Of a stretch of DNA of 64,000 nt, positions 35,299 through 45,658 are shown piece by piece. Within the stretch, counting starts at the first letter, position 1; every line of letters starts with the position of its first letter. The notes beneath the pieces were generated by a model that had not been told where the DNA came from, searched no databases, and saw only the letters and a program-made list of their open reading frames with translations. The stretch is taken from the sequence record PQ471516.1. One strand, written 5' to 3'. A program made the position numbers and the translations under genes.

Positions 35299-35831
35299 AC
35301 ATTAATATTAACAATCCAGAATCACTTGAGTACTTTTATTCTTTTATTACTAAAGCAATTCCTTTGATTAAACGATCATTTCTTGAAGGTACTGAAGATA
35401 AACTTCTGAATTCTAAGTACACTATTGATGGATCAGTCCAGGAAAAATCTTCAGCGTTTCAGTCATGTGAAGTGCGTAATGTATTTTGTAAAAGTGAAGT
35501 TCCTGTTATCATTGGGACAAGTGTGTCTAATTCTTTTATGACAGTAGATGATGATGGTAAAATTCTACGTTTCGAGTACACAAGAAAAAGTAATGTCTTT
35601 GAGTTATTCACTAATACAAAATACAAGTTCAGTTCTTCATGTAACGCATTTCTTATTCCTGAATATAATTACACTGAATTTGAAGAACAATGTTTCCAGT
35701 TGCGTTGTACTGATGAGAACTGTGAACTAATGATTTTCTTAATGAAACTAAGAATGGTTATGAATAATACATTTGCAATGTACTTACCGTTCTTAAAAGT
35801 AAATGAAGTATTCAATGAAGGTGTACTGTGA
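35295..35831 (+). CDS. FQ-motif family protein
   Basis: EEQCFQLRC. Confidence 0.8.
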   Translation: MNININNPESLEYFYSFITKAIPLIKRSFLEGTEDKLLNSKYTIDGSVQEKSSAFQSCEVRNVFCKSEVPVIIGTSVSNSFMTVDDDGKILRFEYTRKSNVFELFTNTKYKFSSSCNAFLIPEYNYTEFEEQCFQLRCTDENCELMIFLMKLRMVMNNTFAMYLPFLKVNEVFNEGVL

Positions 35832-36037
35832 GTAAAATAAAGTACATCAATGATGATTACATTATGAAGAACGCTATTAAGTACTTCAGTAATTCTGCCA
35901 ATCAGGGTGACAATCTTAAGATGGTGGAGATTCGTGTACTCATATACTTAGGAACACAACACCAGGAAAAATTGATTGCAGAATATCTTGATTCACTGAA
36001 GAGGCATGTAGAGAAAATTTATTATGGAATACAATGA
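35828..36037 (+). CDS. LGTxxQ-family protein
   Basis: YLGTQHQE. Confidence 0.8.
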   Translation: MSKIKYINDDYIMKNAIKYFSNSANQGDNLKMVEIRVLIYLGTQHQEKLIAEYLDSLKRHVEKIYYGIQ

Positions 36038-36524
36038 AGTTTTGAAGTTATACGAAGATATTTGTACTGCCATTAAAGTTGTGGAACTTGATACAAAGAA
36101 TCCAAATCCCAAGTTACATACACAAATAGTTAGTCCAGTAGCTTCCTTCCGTAAGATATTAATAAAATCAGACTACGAGTTGGAACACTTAATGTTTGTA
36201 CACGATGAGAAGTTGACTAATATTGTACCGAACTCTCATTTCGAACAAGCGATGCATACGTTCATGTCATTCCACAAGGACAGTACTAAAATCATGTTAC
36301 ACAGTGATATATACACTGAGTATGATATTGTTCCTGTAGAATTAAATGCTGACAGTTATTTTCAGTACAGTTTTGTGTACGACGAGACGCTACTGATGAT
36401 GCAGTTTCTTTCTAATCTATACATGCAGAATAATGACCTTCCGAACTTCATTAAGATTAATATTTCATATCTCAAGATGCCACAGTACTTAAAGATTAAG
36501 GAATACTACAGTGATTTACTCTGA
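36024..36524 (+). CDS. FQ-motif family protein
   Basis: ADSYFQYSFVY. Confidence 0.85.
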   Translation: MEYNEVLKLYEDICTAIKVVELDTKNPNPKLHTQIVSPVASFRKILIKSDYELEHLMFVHDEKLTNIVPNSHFEQAMHTFMSFHKDSTKIMLHSDIYTEYDIVPVELNADSYFQYSFVYDETLLMMQFLSNLYMQNNDLPNFIKINISYLKMPQYLKIKEYYSDLL

Positions 36525-37053
36525 ATACAATTCGTTAATTGAAACTATTGAAAAGTCCAGACGTGCTCATACGTTAATGGTTAAGTACGATATTAATAAG
36601 TATAAGAAATTTAGTATTCAAGAACTTGAACTCGGTGAAAATACCAGGAAATTTCTTTCTTATAGTGGTAGAATGTTTATCTCTCTTAATTTCTTTGAGA
36701 ATCCCGATTTGGAATTGATGCGTTCTATGGTTACATCATATGACGATAAAATACAAAGTATCTATTTCCGAAATGGTAAGAAGATGGAAATCCATGTGTA
36801 CTATCAGTGTGATGACCGTTTATCATATGATATTACAAACTATCCACAATTCAGTACTTCAGACGATGCAGCTTTATTCCAGTACAGTACTCTGTACAGT
36901 AATTTTGATTTCATGTGCTTGTACATAATCAATGCCCTAAGAGAACTGGACTATAACAATTACAACATCAACTGCTCTGTAATGCAGGACGATGGTTTCG
37001 ATGAAGGTATTGATGAACTACTTACTTATCTAAATGAGTACAGTGATGAATAA
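36511..37053 (+). CDS. FQ-motif family protein
   Basis: DAALFQYSTLY. Confidence 0.85.
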   Translation: MIYSEYNSLIETIEKSRRAHTLMVKYDINKYKKFSIQELELGENTRKFLSYSGRMFISLNFFENPDLELMRSMVTSYDDKIQSIYFRNGKKMEIHVYYQCDDRLSYDITNYPQFSTSDDAALFQYSTLYSNFDFMCLYIINALRELDYNNYNINCSVMQDDGFDEGIDELLTYLNEYSDE

Positions 37054-37384
37054 AATAGAAATTACATTCACAACGAACGTAAATTGTGTATCAGCAACTT
37101 TGCCACAAGGTAAAACAGATTTACAAAACGGGTTACGAATTAGAACCACTACTACTGTGAATTATTTCCCAGCATTGAATACATTCTCATTGACAGTACT
37201 TGATTATGAAAATTATTCTATTTACGATACTCCTGATATTACAGAATGCGATGCGGCAAAGTTATTTCAAATACATACCATATGGTCGTTCCCGATTGAT
37301 ATGTATTTGTTCAAGGTAATACAAAAGGAATTAAAAGAAATAAAATCTTTTTGTAATGGTTTTATAAAAGAATTGGAGTACTAA
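37046..37384 (+). CDS. FQ-motif family protein (short type)
   Basis: PDIT...AAKLFQIHTIW. Confidence 0.8.
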   Translation: MNKIEITFTTNVNCVSATLPQGKTDLQNGLRIRTTTTVNYFPALNTFSLTVLDYENYSIYDTPDITECDAAKLFQIHTIWSFPIDMYLFKVIQKELKEIKSFCNGFIKELEY

Positions 37385-37385
37385 T

Positions 37386-37754
37386 ATGAAACAGGTATTT
37401 CGTTATACGTATTACACTACAAAAAAGCAATTGGTTTCTTTATTTGGTTTCAAGACTTTGAAGACGAATGCATATAAAAGGGTATTCATTGGTATTGATG
37501 ATAATGGTTTCTTTCAATTACTGTCCAATGAAAGTGACAAGTCCTATACTATCCCTGACACTACTGTACTGGGAGAAGGTGAATTATTCCAGTTGAGTAC
37601 TGTATGGGATGATTCAGAATATGCATGTAATTTTGAGAATTTTGTTCAGTACCAGAAAATATTACGCACTGATTTTGAGAACTACCCAGTGAAAGTATTA
37701 AGTACTGGAAACGAACAATACAGACAAAAAGTGGTTGATCTTGATGCGTATTGA
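37386..37754 (+). CDS. FQ-motif family protein (short type)
   Basis: PDTTVLGEGELFQLSTVWD. Confidence 0.85.
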   Translation: MKQVFRYTYYTTKKQLVSLFGFKTLKTNAYKRVFIGIDDNGFFQLLSNESDKSYTIPDTTVLGEGELFQLSTVWDDSEYACNFENFVQYQKILRTDFENYPVKVLSTGNEQYRQKVVDLDAY

Positions 37755-38277
37755 AACAATAAGAACACACAGTGCAGAAACATTCTTTGATATTTGGCTT
37801 ACACAGGAGCTAATGACTATTGGTTCTATTCCTACGAAATTATTAAATTACACACATAACAATAATAATTCTGTACAACACCAATCAATTACAGATAGTA
37901 GTGGTGTGGTGTACATGCGTAGTAGTACTAATATTAATAATATAAAAAGTGCATACAATAATTCAAGTGGCTTCTTTACTTATAAATCTGATACTCCAGC
38001 AACATTCAGTACTATATTACAGGGGAATGTAATTTATCTTGACATGTTGAAACCACAAGAGTATACTGACGATGTAATTAATGAAATTAGTACTGCGACA
38101 GATCCGAATCTGGTAATTGCTTCTATGGTATTCTCTTACATGAGATACAGTGCTATGCCGTGTACGTGGGCTTCAGCACCTGATCTCAGGAGATATTTAA
38201 ATTCACTCCTAGGCACAAACTTCAGAGAACATTTAAATGCACGACGATTTATACAAAATAAACTACAGATTGAGTAG
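37744..38277 (+). CDS. Hypothetical protein ending in an LGT-like motif
   Basis: C-terminal SLLGTNFRE. Confidence 0.75.
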   Translation: MRIETIRTHSAETFFDIWLTQELMTIGSIPTKLLNYTHNNNNSVQHQSITDSSGVVYMRSSTNINNIKSAYNNSSGFFTYKSDTPATFSTILQGNVIYLDMLKPQEYTDDVINEISTATDPNLVIASMVFSYMRYSAMPCTWASAPDLRRYLNSLLGTNFREHLNARRFIQNKLQIE

Positions 38278-38590
38278 AAAAGAACTTATACTCAGGATTG
38301 GTTATGACGCACATAAAAAATGTCATAATAATATCATGTACAACAGTACTGAACGTTTTCTTTTTTGTGTTGGATTTACAAGGTACTTCATTGATGACTT
38401 TACGGAGTTAGATGAAGGGGAACTATTCCAGAACATGTGTGTTCTTCCTGATTACATTAATGTAGATATATATGACTTGGTAAAGTATCAGAAAGCATTA
38501 AAGTACTTATACAATAACTACCCATGTACACCAGATCCTAAAACCATAGGTTATGAGGTTTATCACTTACCAGGAAATCTAATATGTTAG
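38237..38590 (+). CDS. FQ-motif family protein (short type)
   Basis: DFTELDEGELFQNMCVL. Confidence 0.8.
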   Translation: MHDDLYKINYRLSRKELILRIGYDAHKKCHNNIMYNSTERFLFCVGFTRYFIDDFTELDEGELFQNMCVLPDYINVDIYDLVKYQKALKYLYNNYPCTPDPKTIGYEVYHLPGNLIC

Positions 38591-39171
38591 ATAAAGATAA
38601 AAAACTACTGTCCCCAAAATCAAATCATTTAAAATTAGATACATTAGAAGAAGCTATCCAATGCGGTAAACAGTTAGTTGAACTAATCAATGCAATTGAA
38701 AATGATGAGATACCACAGATTCAACGCTGTGAAGAAGAATTTGAGGATGATGGCGATCCTTACTATTACAATTTTAGAAAGGAAGATGCTGTAACATCTG
38801 AATACGAAAGTGCACTATATACAGTACAAGGTGATTACGACACAAGTGAATATGATCCATGTTTTCAGGGTGGATTCCTCAGTACTAGTTTAAAATCCGA
38901 TATAATTGTAGTTGACTGGTATGTACACAGAGATGGTAGTTTAGAGGATAATAATGAACTTCGTCTCGATGCATCAGGTATTGAATTTACTGAAGAGTCA
39001 TTCTTCATGCACAGTACATTGTACTCTCAGTACTGCACTGGTGTTATGGTACTGGTGAAGTACTTAAACCAAGAACTCAAAAAACCTATCTATCTGGACT
39101 TAGATATGCTAGAACAAGCATACGAGTACCATCTTCAAGCCAAATCAAAAAGGCATCTAAAAAATAGTTGA
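38584..39171 (+). CDS. FQ-motif family protein (long type)
   Basis: EESFFMHSTLY. Confidence 0.85.
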   Translation: MLDKDKKLLSPKSNHLKLDTLEEAIQCGKQLVELINAIENDEIPQIQRCEEEFEDDGDPYYYNFRKEDAVTSEYESALYTVQGDYDTSEYDPCFQGGFLSTSLKSDIIVVDWYVHRDGSLEDNNELRLDASGIEFTEESFFMHSTLYSQYCTGVMVLVKYLNQELKKPIYLDLDMLEQAYEYHLQAKSKRHLKNS

Positions 39172-39231
39172 CCTTCCTCCTTCTCGTGTGATATAATTCT
39201 TTTAATATCTTTTTAATGGAGTTATATCACA

Positions 39232-39705
39232 ATGAGCACTCATTTTCTTTGCACTTATCAATCAGCATTTGCTTTAGCTCAAAAAATCGAATTCCTTTAC
39301 CACACATTCATTTCCTTCGAGGATGATGAACACATCCAAGTAGGTTCAGAAAGACTTGATTTCAAGGAAAGTCATAACCAAATTATATATAAAAAATGTT
39401 TGTTATTCAGTGTAAATGAAAATTCAGTGAATATCAGGACAAATATAGATCCTTATGTTTGTTATTCCCCAACCATAAAGAGATATAAATTATCTACTGC
39501 AAGGGGTTATTCAAATGATTATGAAGCTGTTGACATTTTCAGTTCTGAAGATTATTTCATGAATTTGTTTTTGTTCCCTGAACTGGACGTATATAATCTT
39601 ACTATCATTTCATACTTCAAGTTAAAGGGCATGGGTTCATTTTATATGGATCTGGATTGCGTTGATGAATTGTATGAGCATTTTTCTGGAGTACATAATG
39701 TATAA
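39232..39705 (+). CDS. FQ-motif family protein (divergent)
   Basis: SEDYFMNLFLF; promoter TTGACC 39168-N18-TATAAT. Confidence 0.8.
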   Translation: MSTHFLCTYQSAFALAQKIEFLYHTFISFEDDEHIQVGSERLDFKESHNQIIYKKCLLFSVNENSVNIRTNIDPYVCYSPTIKRYKLSTARGYSNDYEAVDIFSSEDYFMNLFLFPELDVYNLTIISYFKLKGMGSFYMDLDCVDELYEHFSGVHNV

Positions 39706-40186
39706 GAATGTAATGATGACCGACTACGATTCAGTACTGAAGTTTGCAGAAATCGTATGCAAAATACACTACGAAGCTTACACTGATAATCCATTCGGTG
39801 GTTTATTTTATAAGAAATTTGACTCATATGAACGACCAATCCTAGCTGATCTAAATTATGTAAATGATGAGAATGCAATGGAACGATATTGTGAGTACTT
39901 CAAAGATAGTGATTTCAGTTTAAAAAGTGAATATATGTCATACGCACCTGGAACTGATATATCCATTAATGATGGCAGTGATAAAGTCCAATACAAATCT
40001 GAAGATTTACCAAAGGATTATAGTGAGGATTCATATTTTCAGTACTTATGTATACATGATATCAATACTGTGAATGTATTATTCTTCTATACTATTCTTC
40101 GTAAGAAATATCAGTTGACTAAATGTTTCTTTTTGGATTTTGAATTAATGTCCGAGGCAGTACTGGAGTATCTCAATGCCGATTGA
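39698..40186 (+). CDS. FQ-motif family protein
   Basis: EDSYFQYLCIH. Confidence 0.85.
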   Translation: MYKNVMMTDYDSVLKFAEIVCKIHYEAYTDNPFGGLFYKKFDSYERPILADLNYVNDENAMERYCEYFKDSDFSLKSEYMSYAPGTDISINDGSDKVQYKSEDLPKDYSEDSYFQYLCIHDINTVNVLFFYTILRKKYQLTKCFFLDFELMSEAVLEYLNAD

Positions 40187-40517
40187 AATCGAGTTCATGG
40201 TTGATTCGGATTATGATTGTTTTATCACCCAGACTAAGTACAAAGACGACTTGTACTTAGTTTATATTCACGATAATTCACAGTTCTATATGCATAGAAA
40301 AGTATCAAAAACATTTACACAAGAAAAGAAAATAAAAAACTATACCAAACTAAGTACAGAAGAACTATTCCAAATGAGTTGTTCTGACGACTATGATGTG
40401 CATTTGATAAAAGAATTACAAGTACCGCTTCTTAAATTCCAAAAAGAATGTAATCCTGTATTTGTAAAGCACTTTGGTATCCCGTGGGATTATGCAACAT
40501 TTATGTACGAAGGATAA
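40176..40517 (+). CDS. FQ-motif family protein (short type)
   Basis: NYTKLSTEELFQMSCS. Confidence 0.85.
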   Translation: MPIEIEFMVDSDYDCFITQTKYKDDLYLVYIHDNSQFYMHRKVSKTFTQEKKIKNYTKLSTEELFQMSCSDDYDVHLIKELQVPLLKFQKECNPVFVKHFGIPWDYATFMYEG

Positions 40518-40520
40518 GAT

Positions 40521-40916
40521 ATGAAAACAATGCATGTAATTTTACGTGTTGAAACTGCTTTACGTGTTGATACTGCTCTTAAATATGCAAATAATTCATA
40601 TGATTCAGTAGTATATGAACGTTGGGTTAAGCTTGACAAGACGAACACTTTACGCTATATTTCTAATACAAATAAATTCGATGTGAACTCCGAGAACGTT
40701 CCTAGGCTCGCTCACATGAGTTCTGAAGAGATATTTCAGTACTCATTAGTGCACAAGCACAGTGCTGATTTGAAGGTTCTGAAGGCCGTTCAGGAGGCTC
40801 TATTGGAGAATAACAGGACTCGTTACGTTACAATTGAGGTGGAAGCACCAGATTATATGTTAGATGATGACGAATTCTATGAGAAACATTTCCCTAAGAA
40901 ACAATGGAGGGATTAA
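40521..40916 (+). CDS. FQ-motif family protein (short type)
   Basis: SEEIFQYSLVH. Confidence 0.85.
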   Translation: MKTMHVILRVETALRVDTALKYANNSYDSVVYERWVKLDKTNTLRYISNTNKFDVNSENVPRLAHMSSEEIFQYSLVHKHSADLKVLKAVQEALLENNRTRYVTIEVEAPDYMLDDDEFYEKHFPKKQWRD

Positions 40917-41384
40917 ATGCGAAAGTACAATGATGCTATGCGTTTTGCACGTACCAGTCTAGATGCACTCACGTACCTTGTACTGAACGAAGATAAACTG
41001 CCAAAAGAGTTTGACGTTCGTTATCCAGCTCGTGACGTTATGGTTACATGGCACGGTGCTTATAGTGTTAGTGTTTCGTCGGTAGGAGATCCATCACCTT
41101 ATGTAGCTTCCATATTTGAAAAAGCCAGAACAAACTATGTGTACTTCGCTAAGAACCGTAATACTGTCAATTTCATCACTAAAGACCGTACATTGTGCAA
41201 GATGCAAGTACTGACAGACTTAAGTCCAGAGAATTTCTTTCAACAGAGTCTTCTTTATCCAGAAGATGCAGTACTTGCATTGTTTATGATTTCGTACTAT
41301 AATTTGAACAGTACTATCGGTTCGTTCTCATACGAAGTTGCTGACATGAAGCACTTCATTAAAACGCTGAAGGGATTAAAATGA
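40917..41384 (+). CDS. FQ-motif family protein
   Basis: PENFFQQSLLY. Confidence 0.85.
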   Translation: MRKYNDAMRFARTSLDALTYLVLNEDKLPKEFDVRYPARDVMVTWHGAYSVSVSSVGDPSPYVASIFEKARTNYVYFAKNRNTVNFITKDRTLCKMQVLTDLSPENFFQQSLLYPEDAVLALFMISYYNLNSTIGSFSYEVADMKHFIKTLKGLK

Positions 41385-41926
41385 ATATTGAAGGTATAGA
41401 TAAAATTGTACAAATGTACAAGTTCTTATTATATGCTCGTAAGAATATGGAAGCACATAAAATTTGGTTTGATGCACCTGATGATGAATATATGTTGATT
41501 AGAAATATCGCTGCGGGTACTGATTTTTATGGAAAGGGTGATGGACTAATATTTACAATTCGCCCTGAAGTTCAGGGTGATCATAACCGACGAAACCCCA
41601 ATAGTGCTTCACATTACAAGCACATACTACGCGATGATAATTTCTTCATTAGCTCAAGTGAAAGTGATTTATGTGATGATATTTTCATTAGTTATTTGGA
41701 TGAACCTGTTATAATCAAAATGCCAAGTACGGAAGAAGAGGAATTTCAGTTCTCATTAATTCAGGATGATAATATTCTGTTTATATACTATCTACAGAAA
41801 GCATTGAAAGGTATTATACCAGGTGATGTATGGGTTGGTGGTTATTATGATAGAATCATAAACTACGATTTCAGTACTGTCCTAAGTCTAATTAACACTG
41901 ATAAGATGAAATATGGAAAATATTAA
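41381..41926 (+). CDS. FQ-motif family protein
   Basis: EEEEFQFSLIQ. Confidence 0.85.
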   Translation: MNIEGIDKIVQMYKFLLYARKNMEAHKIWFDAPDDEYMLIRNIAAGTDFYGKGDGLIFTIRPEVQGDHNRRNPNSASHYKHILRDDNFFISSSESDLCDDIFISYLDEPVIIKMPSTEEEEFQFSLIQDDNILFIYYLQKALKGIIPGDVWVGGYYDRIINYDFSTVLSLINTDKMKYGKY

Positions 41927-42431
41927 ATCACCTAAGCATATTATTAAAGTACTTGAATTCATGTTAACTAAAGTACAAAAAACAATAGAGAAAGGTATTC
42001 AAAATTCCATATACGTTAATGGAAAAGATTCTCTACTTATTATCCACCCCGATGGTCAATGCTCTTTGCAGTACAATACTGATCGTAAAATCAATATGTT
42101 CGATGAAAACCTTCAGTACATAAATGAAAGTGTTTCAAGGATTATCATCAGGGGTGATACATTCTTCCTATCTTCACCGAACTCAATGAAGTTGTATCCA
42201 GTCAATGATGTTATTGAATATGAGGGTGCAGAAAAATATGATTTAACTGGTTTCAAGACTGAAGAAGGTCGCTTCATGTTAAGTACAGTCCTCGATGAAG
42301 ATGCAATGAACATACTGGAAATCGACGCGGCTATCGGTCATTTAATCCCAGCCAATCAATACATTAGCTTAAGAACCAATGCCATGTACAGCGAAGCAAT
42401 GCGTGCTATAAGACGTGATTTCAACATATAA
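41913..42431 (+). CDS. FQ-motif family protein
   Basis: EEGRFMLSTVL. Confidence 0.85.
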   Translation: MENIKSPKHIIKVLEFMLTKVQKTIEKGIQNSIYVNGKDSLLIIHPDGQCSLQYNTDRKINMFDENLQYINESVSRIIIRGDTFFLSSPNSMKLYPVNDVIEYEGAEKYDLTGFKTEEGRFMLSTVLDEDAMNILEIDAAIGHLIPANQYISLRTNAMYSEAMRAIRRDFNI

Positions 42432-42450
42432 GACCCTTATGGGTCTTTTT
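42430..42450 (+). terminator. Intrinsic terminator
   Basis: AAGACCC-TTAT-GGGTCTT plus T tract; promoter TTTACA 42462-N17-TATAAT follows. Confidence 0.75.
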
Positions 42451-42520
42451 GTGTTTAGGGCTTTACAGAGCGTTCTAGACGTGTTATAATGCGTATATAT
42501 TAATTGTTTAAGAGGCTATA

Positions 42521-43060
42521 ATGGAAAAAATACTCATAGTTCATGGCATTATAAAAGAGATGGAAGTATTACATAAAAGCGATAAAGTTGTTTCTGATTT
42601 CACTCCAATAACAAACTGCTTTTTAATGAGAAAGATGCACTACGGTGTGAACTTACTACTCAAGGAAGAATCGGCAACGTACTTCACATTTTCGGTGTAT
42701 AGTAGTTCATTCCAATTAGATGATAGTACTGAGACAAAAATCCTGATAGATGGCTCTAACAAATGGGTGTTTATTGAAAGTGCTGAAAATTGCATCCCGT
42801 GCTTAGAGGCTGTCTACGCAGATATTAATCTTGATCTAATTGAAAGTACTGATATTGAGAGTACATACTTTCAGATGTGTACTTTACATGATACTTCTAT
42901 TGTAGATGCATTAGTACTGGAATTCTTACTTCGTGATTGGATGAAGAATAGTCCCCTAGGAAGATTCTACGTTGGTTATGTCAATAAAATGAGTGATTTA
43001 ACTGTTCAAGAGTTGAAAGAACTTCTGGACGCATTAAGGAAATTAAATGCTGAATCGTGA
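42521..43060 (+). CDS. FQ-motif family protein
   Basis: ESTYFQMCTLH. Confidence 0.85.
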   Translation: MEKILIVHGIIKEMEVLHKSDKVVSDFTPITNCFLMRKMHYGVNLLLKEESATYFTFSVYSSSFQLDDSTETKILIDGSNKWVFIESAENCIPCLEAVYADINLDLIESTDIESTYFQMCTLHDTSIVDALVLEFLLRDWMKNSPLGRFYVGYVNKMSDLTVQELKELLDALRKLNAES

Positions 43061-43616
43061 TATACTCTTTAAAATTAGTTCTGCACTTCATAAAGTTGGT
43101 ACTAAGTACGATATCCCAGGTGAGAAAGATAAGTGGATTGATATTGAGGATGTGTACCGTATCGTAATCAGTCCTAGTACTGAATACACGTATAACATCT
43201 GTAGTATCAATACCATTAACTACAACCCAAGAATGGGTCTTCAGCACATCATCATTGCATCATATGTAGGTACTAGCAGAGCTTATACTGATAACATTGG
43301 ATACTATAGTCCGCATATGTTTTCTATACGTTGTGCAAGGGAAAACCAAATAGCAGCAGTTGAATTGTATAATGAGACTGAGTACGCGAATGAAGTGATG
43401 GATATCCCAGTTGTTCTTCAAAACTCAAAAGAGCGTGAATCTTCATGGTTCCAGTACTCTTTACTTGACAACTACAAGCTTTATGATACTATGTGCTTAA
43501 TGTACGATGTGAACAAGATTTTACCTAAAGGGGAAATCTTAATGTACGAGGCATTTGTTAATCTTCAAGATGAAGATCTCCAAAAAATATACGAGGAATT
43601 AATCAAACATGTCTAA
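43047..43616 (+). CDS. FQ-motif family protein
   Basis: ESSWFQYSLLD. Confidence 0.85.
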   Translation: MLNRDILFKISSALHKVGTKYDIPGEKDKWIDIEDVYRIVISPSTEYTYNICSINTINYNPRMGLQHIIIASYVGTSRAYTDNIGYYSPHMFSIRCARENQIAAVELYNETEYANEVMDIPVVLQNSKERESSWFQYSLLDNYKLYDTMCLMYDVNKILPKGEILMYEAFVNLQDEDLQKIYEELIKHV

Positions 43617-44187
43617 CATCATTGATGCTATTCAAAATCCAAATCACAAAATTCTGTGCAATATCATTGCTGATATGAAGCAGCATTTGATTAAAATGAA
43701 AAACACAGAAACGCCTGTGAACTTCAACAAACAATTACAGCACGGGTTGAACTTGAGCTTAAAGTTGAAGCAGAAGATGACATATGATAATTACATCTTG
43801 AACGCAGGTGGGCCGCGTGCTATTGTATTTGTCAATAACGGTTTCAGTACTGATGCGGTGCATGATATCAATGTTGACCATTACATCAATAATAGAAATT
43901 TCGTTGTTATTGATGCCCCATGTGATAAAGTTGTACTTGCTTCGGATACAGGATACAGTAAAGTTAAAATTCTTCGCAGTACTGATGACGTTCAAGGTAA
44001 AGTCTTTCAGATGATTACCGTTGAAGATACCGACAGTATTGATGCATTATTACTGGTATCAGCTTTACACGAACTAATTATTGGTAGTGCAATGAAATTG
44101 ATTATTGATATTGATACTGTCAATAAAATATCAATTGACTCTCTACAGAAAGTACACGAAACTGTACAGGGATTACTTAATGAATAA
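43609..44187 (+). CDS. FQ-motif family protein (divergent)
   Basis: QGKVFQMITVE. Confidence 0.8.
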   Translation: MSNIIDAIQNPNHKILCNIIADMKQHLIKMKNTETPVNFNKQLQHGLNLSLKLKQKMTYDNYILNAGGPRAIVFVNNGFSTDAVHDINVDHYINNRNFVVIDAPCDKVVLASDTGYSKVKILRSTDDVQGKVFQMITVEDTDSIDALLLVSALHELIIGSAMKLIIDIDTVNKISIDSLQKVHETVQGLLNE

Positions 44188-44728
44188 TTTTCAAAATATG
44201 TACGACATGTGTAAGATTATGTCAAATTTCAGTACTAAGATTAAATCGGCTCCAGTAGCGGAAGTTCACATGTCCGACCGCTACTACACGTTCCGAGTAT
44301 CCAGTACTGGTGACAGTATTCGACTGTTCTTAAATGACCGACAGCAATTGTTTGATGTAGTCATTGTAGACCATACTACAAAGGGAAAATATGCATACAA
44401 TATGTATGCAAAAAATCGTTGGTTAGTAATTCGTAATACAATGCAACGATTACGTGCAGCTACAGATATAAACAGTACTGGTGATGATTACGATATTACT
44501 AACATTTTAGATGAATCTGTTTTTAATTTTGAAATGGATTTATCTGTTGATGATCCATTCCTGCGTGACATTTACAAGTTACATGGATGCGTGGTTCGTG
44601 GTACTAAAGATATCAAAGCTGTGTCAATTGAAGTATCCAGAATTCATGAACACAATGTGAACCTGGAATCATTGATTGATAAGATGAATACCAATTTCTT
44701 CTTTTGGAAGTGTAAGGATGAACTATGA
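44180..44728 (+). CDS. Hypothetical protein (possible degenerate FQ member)
   Basis: DESVFNFEMDL; start adjusted. Confidence 0.75.
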   Translation: MNNFQNMYDMCKIMSNFSTKIKSAPVAEVHMSDRYYTFRVSSTGDSIRLFLNDRQQLFDVVIVDHTTKGKYAYNMYAKNRWLVIRNTMQRLRAATDINSTGDDYDITNILDESVFNFEMDLSVDDPFLRDIYKLHGCVVRGTKDIKAVSIEVSRIHEHNVNLESLIDKMNTNFFFWKCKDEL

Positions 44729-45180
44729 CACGCGATGAGTGTATCCTATTATGTAAAGTTGTAGAGAAGATCTTAAGTGATCCTTCTCTTGAAAATAGTA
44801 AAGTACTGAAAAATAAAACACGCAGGTCGTGGACTGATATTGCACTTGTAAGTGATGATATCAATGTTGGAACTTTGTGGCCTTCGAGAACATATACACT
44901 AACAAGTGCAATACACGAAGAAAGTGTAGATTATGTAGGTGAGAAAACTTTCATCCACGGTAGTAGTACTACACCAATAATGCACATCATTGATTTAGTT
45001 GATATGGATGACTTTGATTCGTTATATCTTCAGTACTCTTCGACATATAATACTGAATTAATTTATCAATTGGTTCTTATTTCGAGGATTAGTTATTTGA
45101 TTAAAAATAACAATGATTATTCTTCGCTTTCACTTACGTTCGAATTACTACCTTTTGCAGAGGAATTCTTAAATGAGTAA
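44725..45180 (+). CDS. FQ-motif family protein
   Basis: DSLYLQYSSTY. Confidence 0.8.
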   Translation: MTRDECILLCKVVEKILSDPSLENSKVLKNKTRRSWTDIALVSDDINVGTLWPSRTYTLTSAIHEESVDYVGEKTFIHGSSTTPIMHIIDLVDMDDFDSLYLQYSSTYNTELIYQLVLISRISYLIKNNNDYSSLSLTFELLPFAEEFLNE

Positions 45181-45658
45181 TATCAGTGCACAAGATTACG
45201 TTAAGATTTACAATTTCATGAATAGCTTCTTTGGTCCTGAAACTAAAGAAGTACAACTAACTAAGAACTTACAGTTAGGTGTATACAGTAATACTTATGT
45301 AGGTATTAAGAATACATCAAGTACCACTGAATTTAATACAGATATGTTTCGTATTATCCGTAATACACATAATCGTGAAATTAGTACATTAACACCTAAT
45401 ACAATGATAGCTGAACCTCCGACGAAAAATATCAATGTTATCACATTCAATTCAGATAATGTCGTTGAGATTCCAGAATTTACTTCATTTGATGAATTAC
45501 AGTTTCAGTTGAGTACTCTATATAAAAATGAAAGTATTCTGACCTTCTTATCATATCTTAATAGTATTAATAATAATTATGTGGTTTATTTTGGTTCAAT
45601 CCAGTCTATTAGTATTACACAGGAATTACTTGATTATATTGATAGTATGGAGGAATAA
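45173..45658 (+). CDS. FQ-motif family protein
   Basis: DELQFQLSTLY. Confidence 0.85.
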   Translation: MSNISAQDYVKIYNFMNSFFGPETKEVQLTKNLQLGVYSNTYVGIKNTSSTTEFNTDMFRIIRNTHNREISTLTPNTMIAEPPTKNINVITFNSDNVVEIPEFTSFDELQFQLSTLYKNESILTFLSYLNSINNNYVVYFGSIQSISITQELLDYIDSMEE

